DNA of 64,000 nt from Eledone cirrhosa. Lineage: Eukaryota. This document shows, piece after piece, positions 30,302 to 46,920 of the stretch. Each line of letters opens with the position of its first letter. The stretch's first letter is position 1. The stretch is taken from the NCBI GenBank assembly GCA_964016885.1, contig OZ024761.1:7130001-7194000 (forward strand), in the 5' to 3' direction. The notes under the pieces are model-generated. The model saw only the letters and a program-made list of their open reading frames with translations. It did no database searches and had not been told where the DNA came from. A program made the position numbers and the translations under genes.

Positions 30302-30349
30302 CGCTTACAATTGTTTCTTCCAAACCGAGGTTTGGAGTCTTCGGAGCAA
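30302..30349 (-). ncRNA. Minimal type-I hammerhead ribozyme-like motif
   Basis: Minus strand UUGCU CCGAAGA C UCCAAAC-CUCG-GUUUGGA A GAAAC AAUU GUA AGCGA; has U4C and a non-canonical stem II closing pair. Confidence 0.55.
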
Positions 30350-30460
30350 TTTTTCAATGATTTTTTACATACTTAATCTCCTTTCCAACACAAGAGTTAT
30401 ATAGAAACATATGTATATATTGAGCAGATATATAGAAATTACATGAATTAAACCATTTAT

Positions 30461-30509
30461 TTGCTTACAATTGTTTCTTCCAAACCGAGGTTTGGAGTCT
30501 TCGGAGCAA
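30461..30509 (-). ncRNA. Minimal type-I hammerhead ribozyme-like motif
   Basis: Same motif 160 nt from the previous copy; stem I UUGCU/AGCAA, followed by AAUAAA. Confidence 0.6.
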
Positions 30510-31245
30510 TTTTTCAATGATTTTTTACATACTTAATCTCCTTTCCAACACAAGAGACATATAGAAACATATGTATATATTGAGCAGGGTTGACATCCAT
30601 GGCAATTTACATACAAAGATTAAAGTCATATTAAAGGGCAAAACTAAAGTTAAAATACAACATTGGCAGTTTACGAAGATAACGCAAGAGGATAGTTTGA
30701 AGTAGCTAGTGTATGCAACAGTCAAACGTGGGGCATGCACGCGTGTCCTATTTATACAAGATTAAATTGCGTTTCCTGGATTGTGAGAGTGGTGGTGTGT
30801 GCGATGTCCGTGGCATTGTTTTGCTTCACATTTTTAATATTTTTGGTGTTTCTCTACACACAGGCTTCTATATCATACATATATATATAAAAAATGCTTT
30901 ACAGCCCCCATGATGCTCTTGATTGCCCGCTTAGACTGCTTCAATTACATGTAACACCCTGCCGCAATGTAATCTTGTATAAATAGGACACGCGTGCATG
31001 CCCCACATATGACTGTGGCATACACTGGCTACTTCAAACTATCCTCTTGCTTTATCTTCGTAAACTGCCAATGTTGTATTTTAACTTTAGTTTTGCCCTT
31101 TAATATGACTTTAATCTTTGTATGTAAATTGCCATGCTATATTATTATAATGGATGTCAACCCACTGTGCATCAATATATACATATGTTTCTATATGTCT
31201 CTTGTGTTGGAAAGGAGATTAAGTATGTAAAAAATCATTGAAAAA

Positions 31246-31294
31246 TTGCTCCGAAGACTCCAAACCTCGGTTTGGAAGGAACAATTGTAAGCAA
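31246..31294 (+). ncRNA. Hammerhead-like motif, core mutated (GGAAC)
   Basis: TTGCT CCGAAGA CTCCAAACCTCGGTTTGGAA GGAAC AATT GTA AGCAA. Confidence 0.45.
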
Positions 31295-31719
31295 ATAAAT
31301 GGTTTAATTCATGTAATTTCTATATATCTGCTCTGTAAAACAACTGATGTTATTACATTGAGCTATTTATCTTACTGGTAATAAGGTAGTAATATATTAC
31401 TGTCTTTCACTATTTAGGGTTTAAAATATATATAACTATAAAAGGTTTTAGTATATACATAACCATAAATAGTATCCTTAATACTATATATATATGTATA
31501 TGTATATATCATCATCATCATCATCATCAACGTTTAACGTCCGTGTTCCACGCTTGCATGGGTTTGGACGGGTGTAGTCCCACTTGAGGCAAGAGTGATT
31601 GTCTTGCTCGCATAGGACTGTCTGGCAGGTTTTCTACAGTTGGATGCCCTTCCTAACACCAACCACATTTACAGCACCATATATATATATTTGTGTATAT
31701 ATATATATATGTATATATA

Positions 31720-31758
<39 letters not shown>

Positions 31759-31811
31759 ATATATATATGTGTATATATATATATATATAAATATATGTAT
31801 ATATATATGTA

Positions 31812-31904
<93 letters not shown>

Positions 31905-32089
31905 ATATATATATGTGTATATATATGTGTATATATATATGTGTATATATATATGTATATATATGTGTATATATATATGTATATATATATATATATATGT
32001 GTATATATATATATGTATATATATGTGTATATATATATGTATATATATATATATGTGTATATATATATATGTATATATATATATAAGTA

Positions 32090-32310
32090 GTGAAGGCGTG
32101 TGGCTGAGTGGTTAGAGAACATGATTCGCAATCGTGAGGTTGTCAGTTCGATTCCTGGACCGGGCGATGCGTTATGTCCTTGAGCAAGACACTTTATTTC
32201 ACGTTGCTCCTTCTACCTGGAGTTGCGACCGATAGATAGTACTAGCAATTGGAAAGACCAATGGAAACACTGTTTCCTCGGTCCGATTTAACAAAAGTCG
32301 ATCGTTAGGA
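32090..32310 (+). mobile_element. tRNA-derived SINE head (second subfamily); copy at 35638-35860
   Basis: TGGCTGAGTGG A box, GTTCGATTCC B box, CCTTGAGCAAGACACTT core. Confidence 0.75.
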
Positions 32311-33020
32311 TATATATATGTATATATATATATATGTATATATATATATCTGTGTATATATATATGTATATATATATATGTATATATATCTGTGAATATA
32401 TATCTGTGTATATATGTGTATATATATGTATATATATCATCATTTCGTCATCATCATTTCGTTTTTAAGTCCGCTTTTTCCCTGCTTGCAAGGGTGGGAC
32501 GGGAACTGATTCTGGCTTGATTTCTACAGCTGGATGCCCTTCCTAACACCAACCTCATTTACAGTGAGTGCTGGGTGCTTTTTTCCGTGGCACCTCCACG
32601 ACCACTTTGCAGTGGAATGATATGGAACCCAGTCCCTATCATCTCATTTCTACAGCTGAGTAAACTGGAGCAATGTGAAATAAAGTGTCTTGCTCAAGGA
32701 AACAACACATCACCCGGTCTGAGAATTGAACTCACAGCCTTTCGATTGCCAGGCCAATGCTCTAACCACTAAGCCATGTGCCTCCATATATATATATATC
32801 ATCATCATAAACGTAAACGTGGTAAACGTGGTTTACACTGTAAACGTGGTTGGTGTTAGGAAGGGCATCCAGCCGTAGAAAACCTGCCAGACAGTCCTAT
32901 ACGAGCAAGACAACCAACCGTGCCTCAAGTGGGAAAACTCCCGTCCAAACCCATGCAAGCGTGGAAGATGGACGTTAAACGATGATGATGATGATGATGA
33001 TATATGTATATATATATATG

Positions 33021-33053
<33 letters not shown>

Positions 33054-33306
33054 GTATAGATTTTACATTCATTTAAATTATTGACGTATTGTTTTATTGA
33101 TATTTTTTATCTGTTTGTCCCGAATCTTCCTTTATCGATTTTTTATCGTATGGTTGATTGTAGACTTGTTCTATATGTGACGGTATTTTAACGATAGTTA
33201 TAGCTCTGATTCATCTGAATTATTGAGCCCTCTGCCGCTCATTTCGAATCTTGTTTATCGTGAACTCGTGCGCCGATTTTTCGATACTCGATCTTTCTAA
33301 TATATG

Positions 33307-33432
<126 letters not shown>

Positions 33433-33462
33433 TGTATATGGAGGCACATGGGCTGAGTGGTT

Positions 33463-33662
33463 NNNNNNNNNNNNNNNNNNNNNNNNNNNNNNNNNNNNNN
33501 NNNNNNNNNNNNNNNNNNNNNNNNNNNNNNNNNNNNNNNNNNNNNNNNNNNNNNNNNNNNNNNNNNNNNNNNNNNNNNNNNNNNNNNNNNNNNNNNNNNN
33601 NNNNNNNNNNNNNNNNNNNNNNNNNNNNNNNNNNNNNNNNNNNNNNNNNNNNNNNNNNNNNN
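33463..33662. other. Assembly gap (200 N)
   Basis: Run of N. Confidence 1.
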
Positions 33663-34358
33663 GACATATAGAAACATATGTATATATTGAGCAGGGTTGA
33701 CATCCATGGCAATTTACATACAAAGATTAAAGTCATATTAAAGGGCAAAACTAAAGTTAAAATACAACATTGGCAGTTTACGAAGATAACGCAAGAGGAT
33801 AGTTTGAAGTAGCTAGTGTATGCAACAGTCAAACGTGGGGCATGCACGCGTGTCCTATTTATACAAGATTAAATTGCGTTTCCTGGATTGTGAGAGTGGT
33901 GGTGTGTGCGATGTCCGTGGCATTGTTTTGCTTCACATTTTTAATATTTTTGGTGTTTCTCTACACACAGGCTTCTATATCATACATATATATATAAAAA
34001 ATGCTTTACCAGTACAGCCCCCATGATGCTCTTGATTGCCCGCTTAGACTGCTTCAATTACATGTAACACCCTGCCGCAATGTAATCTTGTATAAATAGG
34101 ACACGCGTGCATGCCCCACATATGACTGTGGCATACACTGGCTACTTCAAACTATCCTCTTGCTTTATCTTCGTAAACTGCCAATGTTGTATTTTAACTT
34201 TAGTTTTGCCCTTTAATATGACTTTAATCTTTGTATGTAAATTGCCATGCTATATTATTATAATGGATGTCAACCCACTGTGCATCAATATATACATATG
34301 TTTCTATATGTCTCTTGTGTTGGAAAGGAGATTAAGTATGTAAAAAATCATTGAAAAA

Positions 34359-34407
34359 TTGCTCCGAAGACTCCAAACCTCGGTTTGGAAGAAACAATTG
34401 TAAGCAA
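34359..34407 (+). ncRNA. Minimal hammerhead-like motif (duplicate locus, GAAAC intact)
   Basis: TTGCT CCGAAGA CTCCAAACCTCGGTTTGGAA GAAAC AATT GTA AGCAA. Confidence 0.6.
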
Positions 34408-34860
34408 ATAAATGGTTTAATTCATGTAATTTCTATATATCTGCTCTGTAAAACAACTGATGTTATTACATTGAGCTATTTATCTTACTGGTAATAAGGT
34501 AGTAATATATTACTGTCTTTCACTATTTAGGGTTTAAAATATATATAACTATAAAAGGTTTTAGTATATACATAACCATAAATAGTATCCTTAATACTAT
34601 ATATATATGTATATGTATATATATATATATGTATATGTATATGTATATATCATCATCATCATCATCATCAACGTTTAACGTCCGTGTTCCACGCTTGCAT
34701 GGGTTTGGACGGGGGTAGTCCCACTTGAGGCAAGAGTGATTGTCTTGCTCGCATAGGACTGTCTGGCAGGTTTTCTACAGTTGGATGCCCTTCCTAACAC
34801 CAACCACATTTACAGCACCATATATATATATTTGTGTATATATATATATATGTATATATA

Positions 34861-34900
<40 letters not shown>

Positions 34901-34901
<1 letters not shown>

Positions 34902-35372
34902 GCACTAGAAGTTGATGGAAACCGCGGAGTGGGGAGACCCAAGATGACTTGGGATGAGGTGATAAAAGCCGACCTTACCCAACTACACCTCTCAAAGTCA
35001 ATGACACACGACCGTGACTTCTGGCGTCACGCAGTAATACAGGGTACCCGACCTCCCATGGGTACATGCTGAAGCATATAAACAATATGCCCCCCCCCCC
35101 CCCACCGCAAGGTGGTCGTGGAGGTGCCACGGCAAAAAAGCACCCAGCCCACACTGTAAAGTGGACGTGTAGGCGCCACGAAAAAGCACCCAGCACTCAC
35201 TGTAAATGAGGTTGGTGTTAGGAAGGGCATCCAGCTGTAGAAATCAAGCCAGATCAGTTCCTGTATGAGCAAGGCATGGTCAGCCGACCAGACACTGCCC
35301 ACACAACCCGTCTAACCCATGCTAGCGTGGAAGAACGGACGTAAAACGGTGATGATGATGATGATGATGATG
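34901..35372 (+). mobile_element. RTE LINE 3' end, near-identical inverted copy of 3122-3590
   Basis: ALEVDGNRGVGRPKMTWDEVIKADL and the UTR are shared. Confidence 0.85.
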
Positions 35373-39544
<4,172 letters not shown>

Positions 39545-39545
<1 letters not shown>

Positions 39546-40772
39546 AAAGAAAATAAGGCGGCGGTCCCCTCCGGGAAGTGGCCATGCGCAGAGTGTAGGA
39601 AAGGCGTAGGTAGAAATTCCATTTTGTGTCCCAAATGCAAAATGCAAAGTTTGGGTGCATAAAAGATGTAGTGGGATCACAGGTAAGCTAACTAAGAACA
39701 TAGATTTTACATGTGGCCGGTGTTCTGGGGCAATAAGTAGCAGCAAGTGCCCACAAAATACTAACTCATTCCATTGCATAGATGGTTCTATAGAAATAGT
39801 GGACAGCTTCCGTTACCTGTGTGACAAAATCACCAGTGGGGGAGGGTGCTCTGAAAGTACAGTAGCTAGAGTCAGAACTGGGTGGAAAAAGTTCAGAGAG
39901 CTTATACTACTATTGGCCGCTAAAGGGTTCTCCCTAAAAATGAAAGGCAGGTTGTATGATGCCTGCATACGAACAGCAATGTTGCATGGCAGTGAGACCT
40001 GAGCATTGTGTGCAGAGGATATACGCAGACTAGAGAGAAACGAAGCTTGCATGCTCCGCTGGATGTGTAATAGTAATATACGTGAACGACAGAGCATAAA
40101 CGAACTAAGGAAAAAATTAGAAATAAGAGGGATCAGATGTTGTTTACTCGAGAGAAGGCTAGTTGGTATGGTCACATGATGCGCATGAAGGACGATAGCT
40201 GTATAACAAAGTGCAGGGCAATAAAGATAGACGGTAGCCACGGAATAGGCAGACCCAGAAAAACCTGGGACGAGCTGATAAACTCCGACCTCACACACTT
40301 ACACCTCACCAAGACAGTGTCACTGGACCGAGACTTTGGCGGTACTCAGTAATAGAGAAGACCCGCCTTACCTAAATACAAAGTAAAACCTACTAGTCAG
40401 TAGGCATCTCTAACAAAATACACCCCCGTCCCACCACCCCCACCCCCACCCCATCCACACCGCCCCCTTCTATGTAAAGTTGTGTTGGTGCCACACCATC
40501 CAGGCCGAGACAAATGAGATCGTGTAGGTGTCAGGACAAAAAAACACACAGTCCACGCTGTAATGTGGCCGTGTAGGCAACACGGTAAAAACCTCCCAGA
40601 CCCACACTGTAAATGTGGTTGGTGTTAGGAAGGGCATCCAACTGTAGAAAACCTGCCAGACAGTCCTATGCGAGCAAGACAATCACTCTTGCCTCAAGTG
40701 GGAAAACCCCCGTCCAAACTCATGCAAGCGTGGAACACGGACGTTAAACGTTGATGATGATGATGATGATGA
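39545..40772 (+). mobile_element. RTE LINE 3' portion with UTR
   Basis: [33 protein letters not shown]; (GAT)n tail. Confidence 0.9.
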
Positions 40773-40815
40773 TATGTATATATATATATATACATATATA
40801 TGTATGTATATATAT

Positions 40816-40879
<64 letters not shown>

Positions 40880-40964
40880 GTGTATATGTATATGTATATA
40901 TATATATATGTGTGTGTTTATGTATGCACACACACACACACATATATAGATAGATTATATCCTT

Positions 40965-42195
40965 TCTAGAATACGTGACAGAGTGTCTGTTGTAAACACT
41001 AAATCCCTCCCCTGTGAAGAATGCACCTCCCAACATAGCCTCATAGTTAGTGACCTCATAGTCAGGACTAGACGTACTCGACGATAGAGGAGGGCTACCC
41101 CGAGGAGAATATGGAAGTTAAAGGATTCCACAGCCACTAACAAATTTGAAAGCTTATTACAGTGGGAATTCTTGAAAGTTAACCTACTGAAGGCAATAGA
41201 TGAAACCTGTGGCTGAAGCAGACCTATAAGCAGGAGGAGAGTAACTTAGTGGTGGAACAGTAAGGTGGAGGAGACAATCAAGGCCAAAAAGCAGGCTTGG
41301 AAAGTATGGGGGGATGAGGGAAGTAGAAAACACTATCAAGTGGCCAGGAGAGAAGCTAGGAGACAAGTGTACCTTGCAAGGGAAGCAGAGGATAGAAAGT
41401 TCAAGCATGTTCTACACGTGAGGACCAAAAACGTGAGGTGTTCAGGATTGCTAGACAATGTGTCAAGGAAAACCGTGATATTCTCGTCTGTCCGTAATGA
41501 TAATGGTCTACTTGCCATCACTGATGCTGATAAGAAGGTAGCTTGGAAGTATCACTACGAGACTACTAAATGAGGAGAACAAATGAGGAGAACAAATGGG
41601 AAAAAGATAATCTGCCCCAAATCGATCCAATAGAAGGACCAGCGGTGCAAGTTAAAGGTAGTATAATAAGTAAGGCAATCAAAGATATGAAGACAGCTGG
41701 GCCATCAGAGCTAGTTGCTGAGATGTTGAAAGCATCTGGAATGGTGGGACATACTATGGTGACCTGGATAGTAAACCAAGTCATACAAAATGGGGTCATA
41801 CCAAATGACTGGCGTAGCAGCATCATCATTAACTGTTACAAGGGTAAAGGAGATGCTCTAGATAGGGGAAACTATAGGGGCATTAAGTTAGTTGACCAGG
41901 TCATGAAGATCACAGAAAGAGTTATTGCACAACTAATTAGAGACCGAATTGATCTAGATGAAATGTAGTTTGGGTTTGTGTCAGGTAAAAGTACCACAGA
42001 TGCTCTTTTCCTTGTACAACAACTACAGGAGAAGTACCAAGCTAAAAGTAAACCCCTCTACTTAGCTTTTGTTGACTTGGAGAAAGCCTTTGACAGAGTC
42101 CCCCCCCTCCATTATCTGGTGGGCCCTTAGAAAACTAGGTGTAGATGAATGGCTTGTGAGAGCTATACAAGCCATGTATAAAGAAACAGCCAGCA
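40965..42195 (+). mobile_element. RTE LINE middle portion (RT N-terminal region), degenerate
   Basis: AEMLKASG, IPNDWRSSII..YKGKGDALDRGNYRGIKL, AFVDLEKAFD, WWALRKLG. Confidence 0.9.
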
Positions 42196-42439
42196 AGTGT
42201 TATCAAGTTTATTTGTTTGTAATTTTCTTAATTTTCTATGTGCAGGCTTGAAATTTTGTCAGTAGATGTTTAAATATCAATAATTTACAATTATATGATT
42301 TTACCTGATTTTTTTGGTTAAATTTGACTTTTATGGGCAGGTGAAATTAATTAATAGGGGCATGTGAAATATCAACCAGGTGGAAATACTGGTTTAATTT
42401 TAAATACATTGTTTTCGGGATAATACTTGATATATAAGG

Positions 42440-43000
42440 ATCACTAAACCTTATATCAGTGCTCTAGTAATTCCAGTCTTGGAAATTGTTTTATACCGAA
42501 CATAATATTTACGGTAAAAAATGCTTGCATTTCTGCAGCATCTATCGGTTGCCAAACAGATCGGGTTTTTCTCGATTTAAAATCTGTTGTTGGGCATATC
42601 GACTAATCTCTTCTGCCACAACTTCGAAGAAAGTTTGTGGTAAAAACAAATAATCCAGTGCTTTAGCATCGGGAGCTAATGTGTGTTGTGGACCATTATT
42701 TTGAATAAAATCGGGAACATATATTAGTGTGGTATTTTTCAACCACGTTGCTGTAATATTTTCAATGGTGGCCTGGAGACCGCCTTCGTTTTCACTTTCA
42801 AAACAACAATCATCGTCGGATGAAATTTCAGAAATGTAAACATCTGATTCATTTGAAGTTAAATCACTAATATTATCTTTTGTTTCTTGTTTATTCTGAA
42901 TGTCGTCGTGTGTAAAACCTTCAAAATCGGTATGGCTACTTTCACAAGCCATGTTGATACACAAAAAAATCTGTTCTACTTTCAACGTTAATAAACACAC
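42440..43000 (-). mobile_element. piggyBac (PGBD-like) transposase N-terminal relic
   Basis: Acidic N-terminus with DFEGF, W..F..GP, LDYLFL..EEISRYAQQ; frameshifted continuation EMQAFF..IMFGI..P. Confidence 0.75.
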
Positions 43001-43202
43001 GTGTTGTTTTAAGTTGTTTCACTATATTAAGTGTTAATTTTTGCGGTAAGGGCCTAATCTCGCAGTAATCTCGAATTGATGAGATTTTGATGACGGTATT
43101 GTTTATTTTTAGAACGATATTTTAGTGTGGGTGTTATCAGCCGGTTTCGGGCGGTTTGAACAAATGACGGGGAAATAATTGCGGCTGGTTTTAAAAAAAC
43201 CT

Positions 43203-43229
43203 TTTATTAAAAGAATAACTCTATTTATT
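43203..43229 (-). promoter_or_regulatory. Candidate TOP3A polyadenylation signals (two AATAAA)
   Basis: TTTATT on + at 43203-43208 and 43224-43229, just past the stop codon. Confidence 0.5.
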
Positions 43230-43251
43230 TATATCTTCAAAACAAATCTGT

Positions 43252-43292
43252 TTAAAAGTCCATCTTGTGAGGACAAGTTCTTTTCGTGTGGC
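43252..43292 (-). CDS. TOP3A: TOP3A last coding exon (GHTKRTCPHKMDF*)
   Basis: tttcAG acceptor; completes the CxxCxxxGHxxxxC knuckle; TAA stop. Confidence 0.88.
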
Positions 43293-43499
43293 CTGAAACA
43301 AAAGAGAGAAATTCTGTTATAATGGTTCCTGATTTAGGCACAAGGTCAACAATTTTAGGTGATGGGGAAAGTCAATTAAATCAATCCCAGTGCATTACTG
43401 GTACTTTATTTTATCATCCCCGTAAGGATGAAAGGCAAAGCTGCTCTTGACTATAAACATTCTATATAAAGACATATTGTACTACAGAAAATAAATATA

Positions 43500-43639
43500 T
43501 AAGAGGTAAAAAGAGGACTAAGACAGATAAGCAATAGATTTATTCCAAGTATTATCTTATTTTATCTTCGGAGATAAAATAAGTTAATACTTGGAATAAA
43601 TCTATTGTTTATCTGTCTTAATCCTCTTTTTACCTCTTA
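43500..43639. repeat. ~140 bp near-perfect palindrome
   Basis: TAAGAGGTAAAAAGAGG...TTTTATCT-TCGG-AGATAAAA...CCTCTTTTTACCTCTTA. Confidence 0.9.
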
Positions 43640-44009
43640 CATCTACTCTAACAACTACAGAACAATCAAGCAACTACCGTTTGACCAACCGTAGTAAACA
43701 TCTTGTTGGGTCAACCACCACTGTATGCTATAACACTCTGTGGTACAGATTACTCTAAACCTGAACTAAGGAAACCCAAAACGATATCTCGTTTACTTTT
43801 TTATATATATATATATTGTTGCTGTGCTGCCAAGCACTTTGGCATTGATACACTGGTTGGATGCCCTTCCTAACACCAGCGCCACTTTACAGCATGGACT
43901 GGGTGCTTTTATTTGTGCCACCAGCACTAGAGAGGATGTCTTACTAGACTCAAGGACACTCTCTACCCCTCCATTTTATAGCATGGTCATAAAAAAAATA
44001 ATAAAATTA

Positions 44010-44603
44010 GCATGGGAGGGGGGGGGGGGTTCCGAGACAATAGTATCTAGAATAAGGACGGGTTGGAAGAAGTTTATGGAGCTGCTTCCTCTGCTGACGA
44101 AGAAGGGTTTCTCCCTGCGTACGAAAGGCTGGTTATATGATGCCTGTGTGAGGAGCGCGATGCTGCATGGTAGTGAGACATGGGCAGCAACTGCAGAGGA
44201 TGTGCGACTGCTGGAGAGAAATGAGGCAGGCATGCTCCGTTGTATGTGGAATGTCAATGTGCGTGAACGACCCAGGATGAATGTGTTGAGAGAGAAACTA
44301 TGTCTGAGAGGGATAGAATGTAGTGTACGGGAGAGGAGACTGAGGTGGTATGGACATGTGATGCGCATGGAGGATGACCGATGGGTGAAGAAGTGCCAGG
44401 AAATGCCAGTTGAAGGAAGACGTGGTAGAGGTAGACCACGAAAAACATGGGCGGAGGTGGTGAGAACAGACCTCAGATCGTTGAAGCTCACGGTGGAGAT
44501 GACGAAGGACCGTGACAAGTGGAGAGATGCTGTGCTGAATAAGACCCATCCAACCCTTGCAAGCAGGGAAAAGCGGACGTAAAATGATGATGATGATGAT
44601 GAT
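44010..44603 (+). mobile_element. RTE LINE 3' end
   Basis: ORF 43824-44582 with RIRTGWKKF, HGSETW, RLRWYGHV, GRPRKTW. Confidence 0.92.
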
Positions 44604-44842
44604 AATATATGTATATATAACAAACAAATAGTTTATCGCTCTACATGGCTGAATACAATAAATGTAATCTGAGTTTTTGAATATTGATATTAATATTCGA
44701 TTCGTTTGCAATTATGCAAACAAGCCTCAATTTTATAGCCATGTCAGTAGAATGAACACTTCATTCTTGCTCTTGTGTTGGCATCTAAACATATATATAT
44801 ATATATATAATAATAAAATGTGGAGAGGAAGCACACGAGTTA

Positions 44843-44876
<34 letters not shown>

Positions 44877-44880
<4 letters not shown>

Positions 44881-45215
44881 GAAAACAGGGAGAAATAGAC
44901 GATTATGAGGAAGAAACATTTTTTTTTTTCTTTTTTGTTTCTTTCTCTTTTTTCTGGGTTAGAAAATGATTAAAACGAAATGTTTTACTTTGTGTGAAGT
45001 GTTAAGGTATTAGTTGATTTATTTATAAATCAATAATAATTATAAATCAATAAATCAAAAATAAATAAATCAACTAATACCTTAACACTTCACACAAAGT
45101 CAAACATTTCGTTTTAATCATTTTCTAACCCAGAAAAAAGAGAGAGAGAAACAAAAAAGGAAAAAGATATATAACTTTCTTCCTCATAATCGTCTCTTTC
45201 TCCCTGTTTTCATAT
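44877..45215. repeat. Fold-back/MITE-like inverted repeat with ~150 bp arms, TA-flanked
   Basis: ATGAAAACAGGGAGAAA... / ...TTTCTCCCTGTTTTCAT. Confidence 0.88.
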
Positions 45216-45544
45216 ATATATATGGCTCAGTGGTTAGAGCATTGGCCTTGCAATCGAAAGGTTGTGAGTTCAATTCTCAGACCGGGTGATGTGTTGTTTC
45301 CTTGAGCAAGACACTTTATTTCACATTGCTCCAGTTTACTCAGCTGTAGAAATGAGATGATATGGACTGGGGTCCCTATCATTCCACTGCAAAGTGGTCG
45401 TGGAGGTGCCACGGCAAAAAAGCACCAAGGACTCACTGTAAATGAGGTTGGTGTTAGGAAGGGCATCCAGCTGTAGAAATCAAGCCAGAATCAGTTCCCG
45501 TCCCACCCTTGCAAGCAGGGAAAAGTGAACGTAAAATGAGATGA

Positions 45545-45630
<86 letters not shown>

Positions 45631-45823
45631 ATAACGAAGGAAATGTGGTAAGGAACCAGGTGGACCATAACGCACCAAAGTACTCAATACTTAGGGTAGT
45701 AGAGTGGGTAATAGGAACGAGTAGGACCCCGACGGCTGAGCTCAAGCCGTTTGGACGGCTGATTCTGAGTCCAGAATTAGCCGTCGAAACGGCTTGAGCT
45801 CAGCCGTCGGGGTCCTACTCGTT

Positions 45824-45828
<5 letters not shown>
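45631..45828 (-). mobile_element. ~195 bp palindromic element (copy 2)
   Basis: Reverse complement of 26387-26582, flanked by (TA)n on both sides. Confidence 0.85.
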
Positions 45829-45907
<79 letters not shown>

Positions 45908-45912
<5 letters not shown>

Positions 45913-46920
45913 TCATCATCATCATCATCATTTTACGTCCGCTTTTCCCTGCTTGCAAGGGTGGGACGGGTCTTATTCAGCACAGCATCTCTCCACTCGT
46001 CACGGTCCCTTGTCATCTCCACCGTGAGCTTCAATGATCTGAGGTCTGTTCTCACCACCTCCGCCCATGTTTTTCATGGTCTACCTCTACCACGTCTTCC
46101 TTCAACTGGCAATTCCTGGCACTTCTTCACCCATCGGTCATCCTTCATGCGCATCACATGTCCATACCACCTCAGTCTCCTCTACCGTACACTACATTCT
46201 ATCCCTCTCAGACACAGTTTCTCTCTCAACACATTTATGCTGGGTCGTTCACGCACATTTACACTGCACATCCAACGGAGCATGCTTGCCTCATTTCTCT
46301 CCAGCCATCGCATATCCTCTGCAGTTGCTGCCCATGTCTCACTACCATGCTGCATTGCGCTCCTCACACAGGCATCATACAACCGGCCTTTCGTACGCAG
46401 GGAGAAACCTTTCTTCGTCAACAGAGGAAGCAGCTCTCTAAACTTCTTCCAACCCGTCCTTATTCTAGATACTATGGCCTCGGAACACCCTCCTCCCATG
46501 CTAATCTGATCTCCTAGGTACCGGAAGCTATCCACCACTTCTATAGTGCCCTCTTGCATTTGAAAAATGTGTCTATCAGTGCGACTTCTACTGTCTAATT
46601 TCCCTGTACATCTACTGCATACATATTTCTCCCTACCTGTTAGTTTGCCTGCTATCCCACTACATCTCTTGTGTACCCAGGATCTGCATTGTGTGCATTT
46701 TATAGAATTTATGCCAGTTCCTTTTCTGCATATCGAACATGGCCATTTCTCTGACAGAATCAGAGTTTTGTCCTCTTTTCTACTCATCAACACTTTTGTC
46801 TTAGCTAGGTTCACTCTCAGTCCTCTTGATTCCAACTGCTGTTTCCATAGCCAGAATTTATTCTCTAGCTCCTCTACTGATTCTGCTATAAGAGCCAGAT
46901 CGTCAGCGTAGAGAAGTTCC
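45908..46920 (-). mobile_element. RTE LINE 3' portion
   Basis: ELLYADDL through to the (GAT)n tail; ORF 46182-46835. Confidence 0.92.

Larger units (their letters stand above)
30262..31332. mobile_element. Fold-back element with ~345 bp inverted arms and an extra tandem 160-bp terminal repeat (Penelope pseudo-LTR-like)
   Basis: 30423-30765 is the reverse complement of 30968-31332 (mirrored ORFs 30525- and 30994+); 30262-30428 duplicates 30429-30590. Confidence 0.85.
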
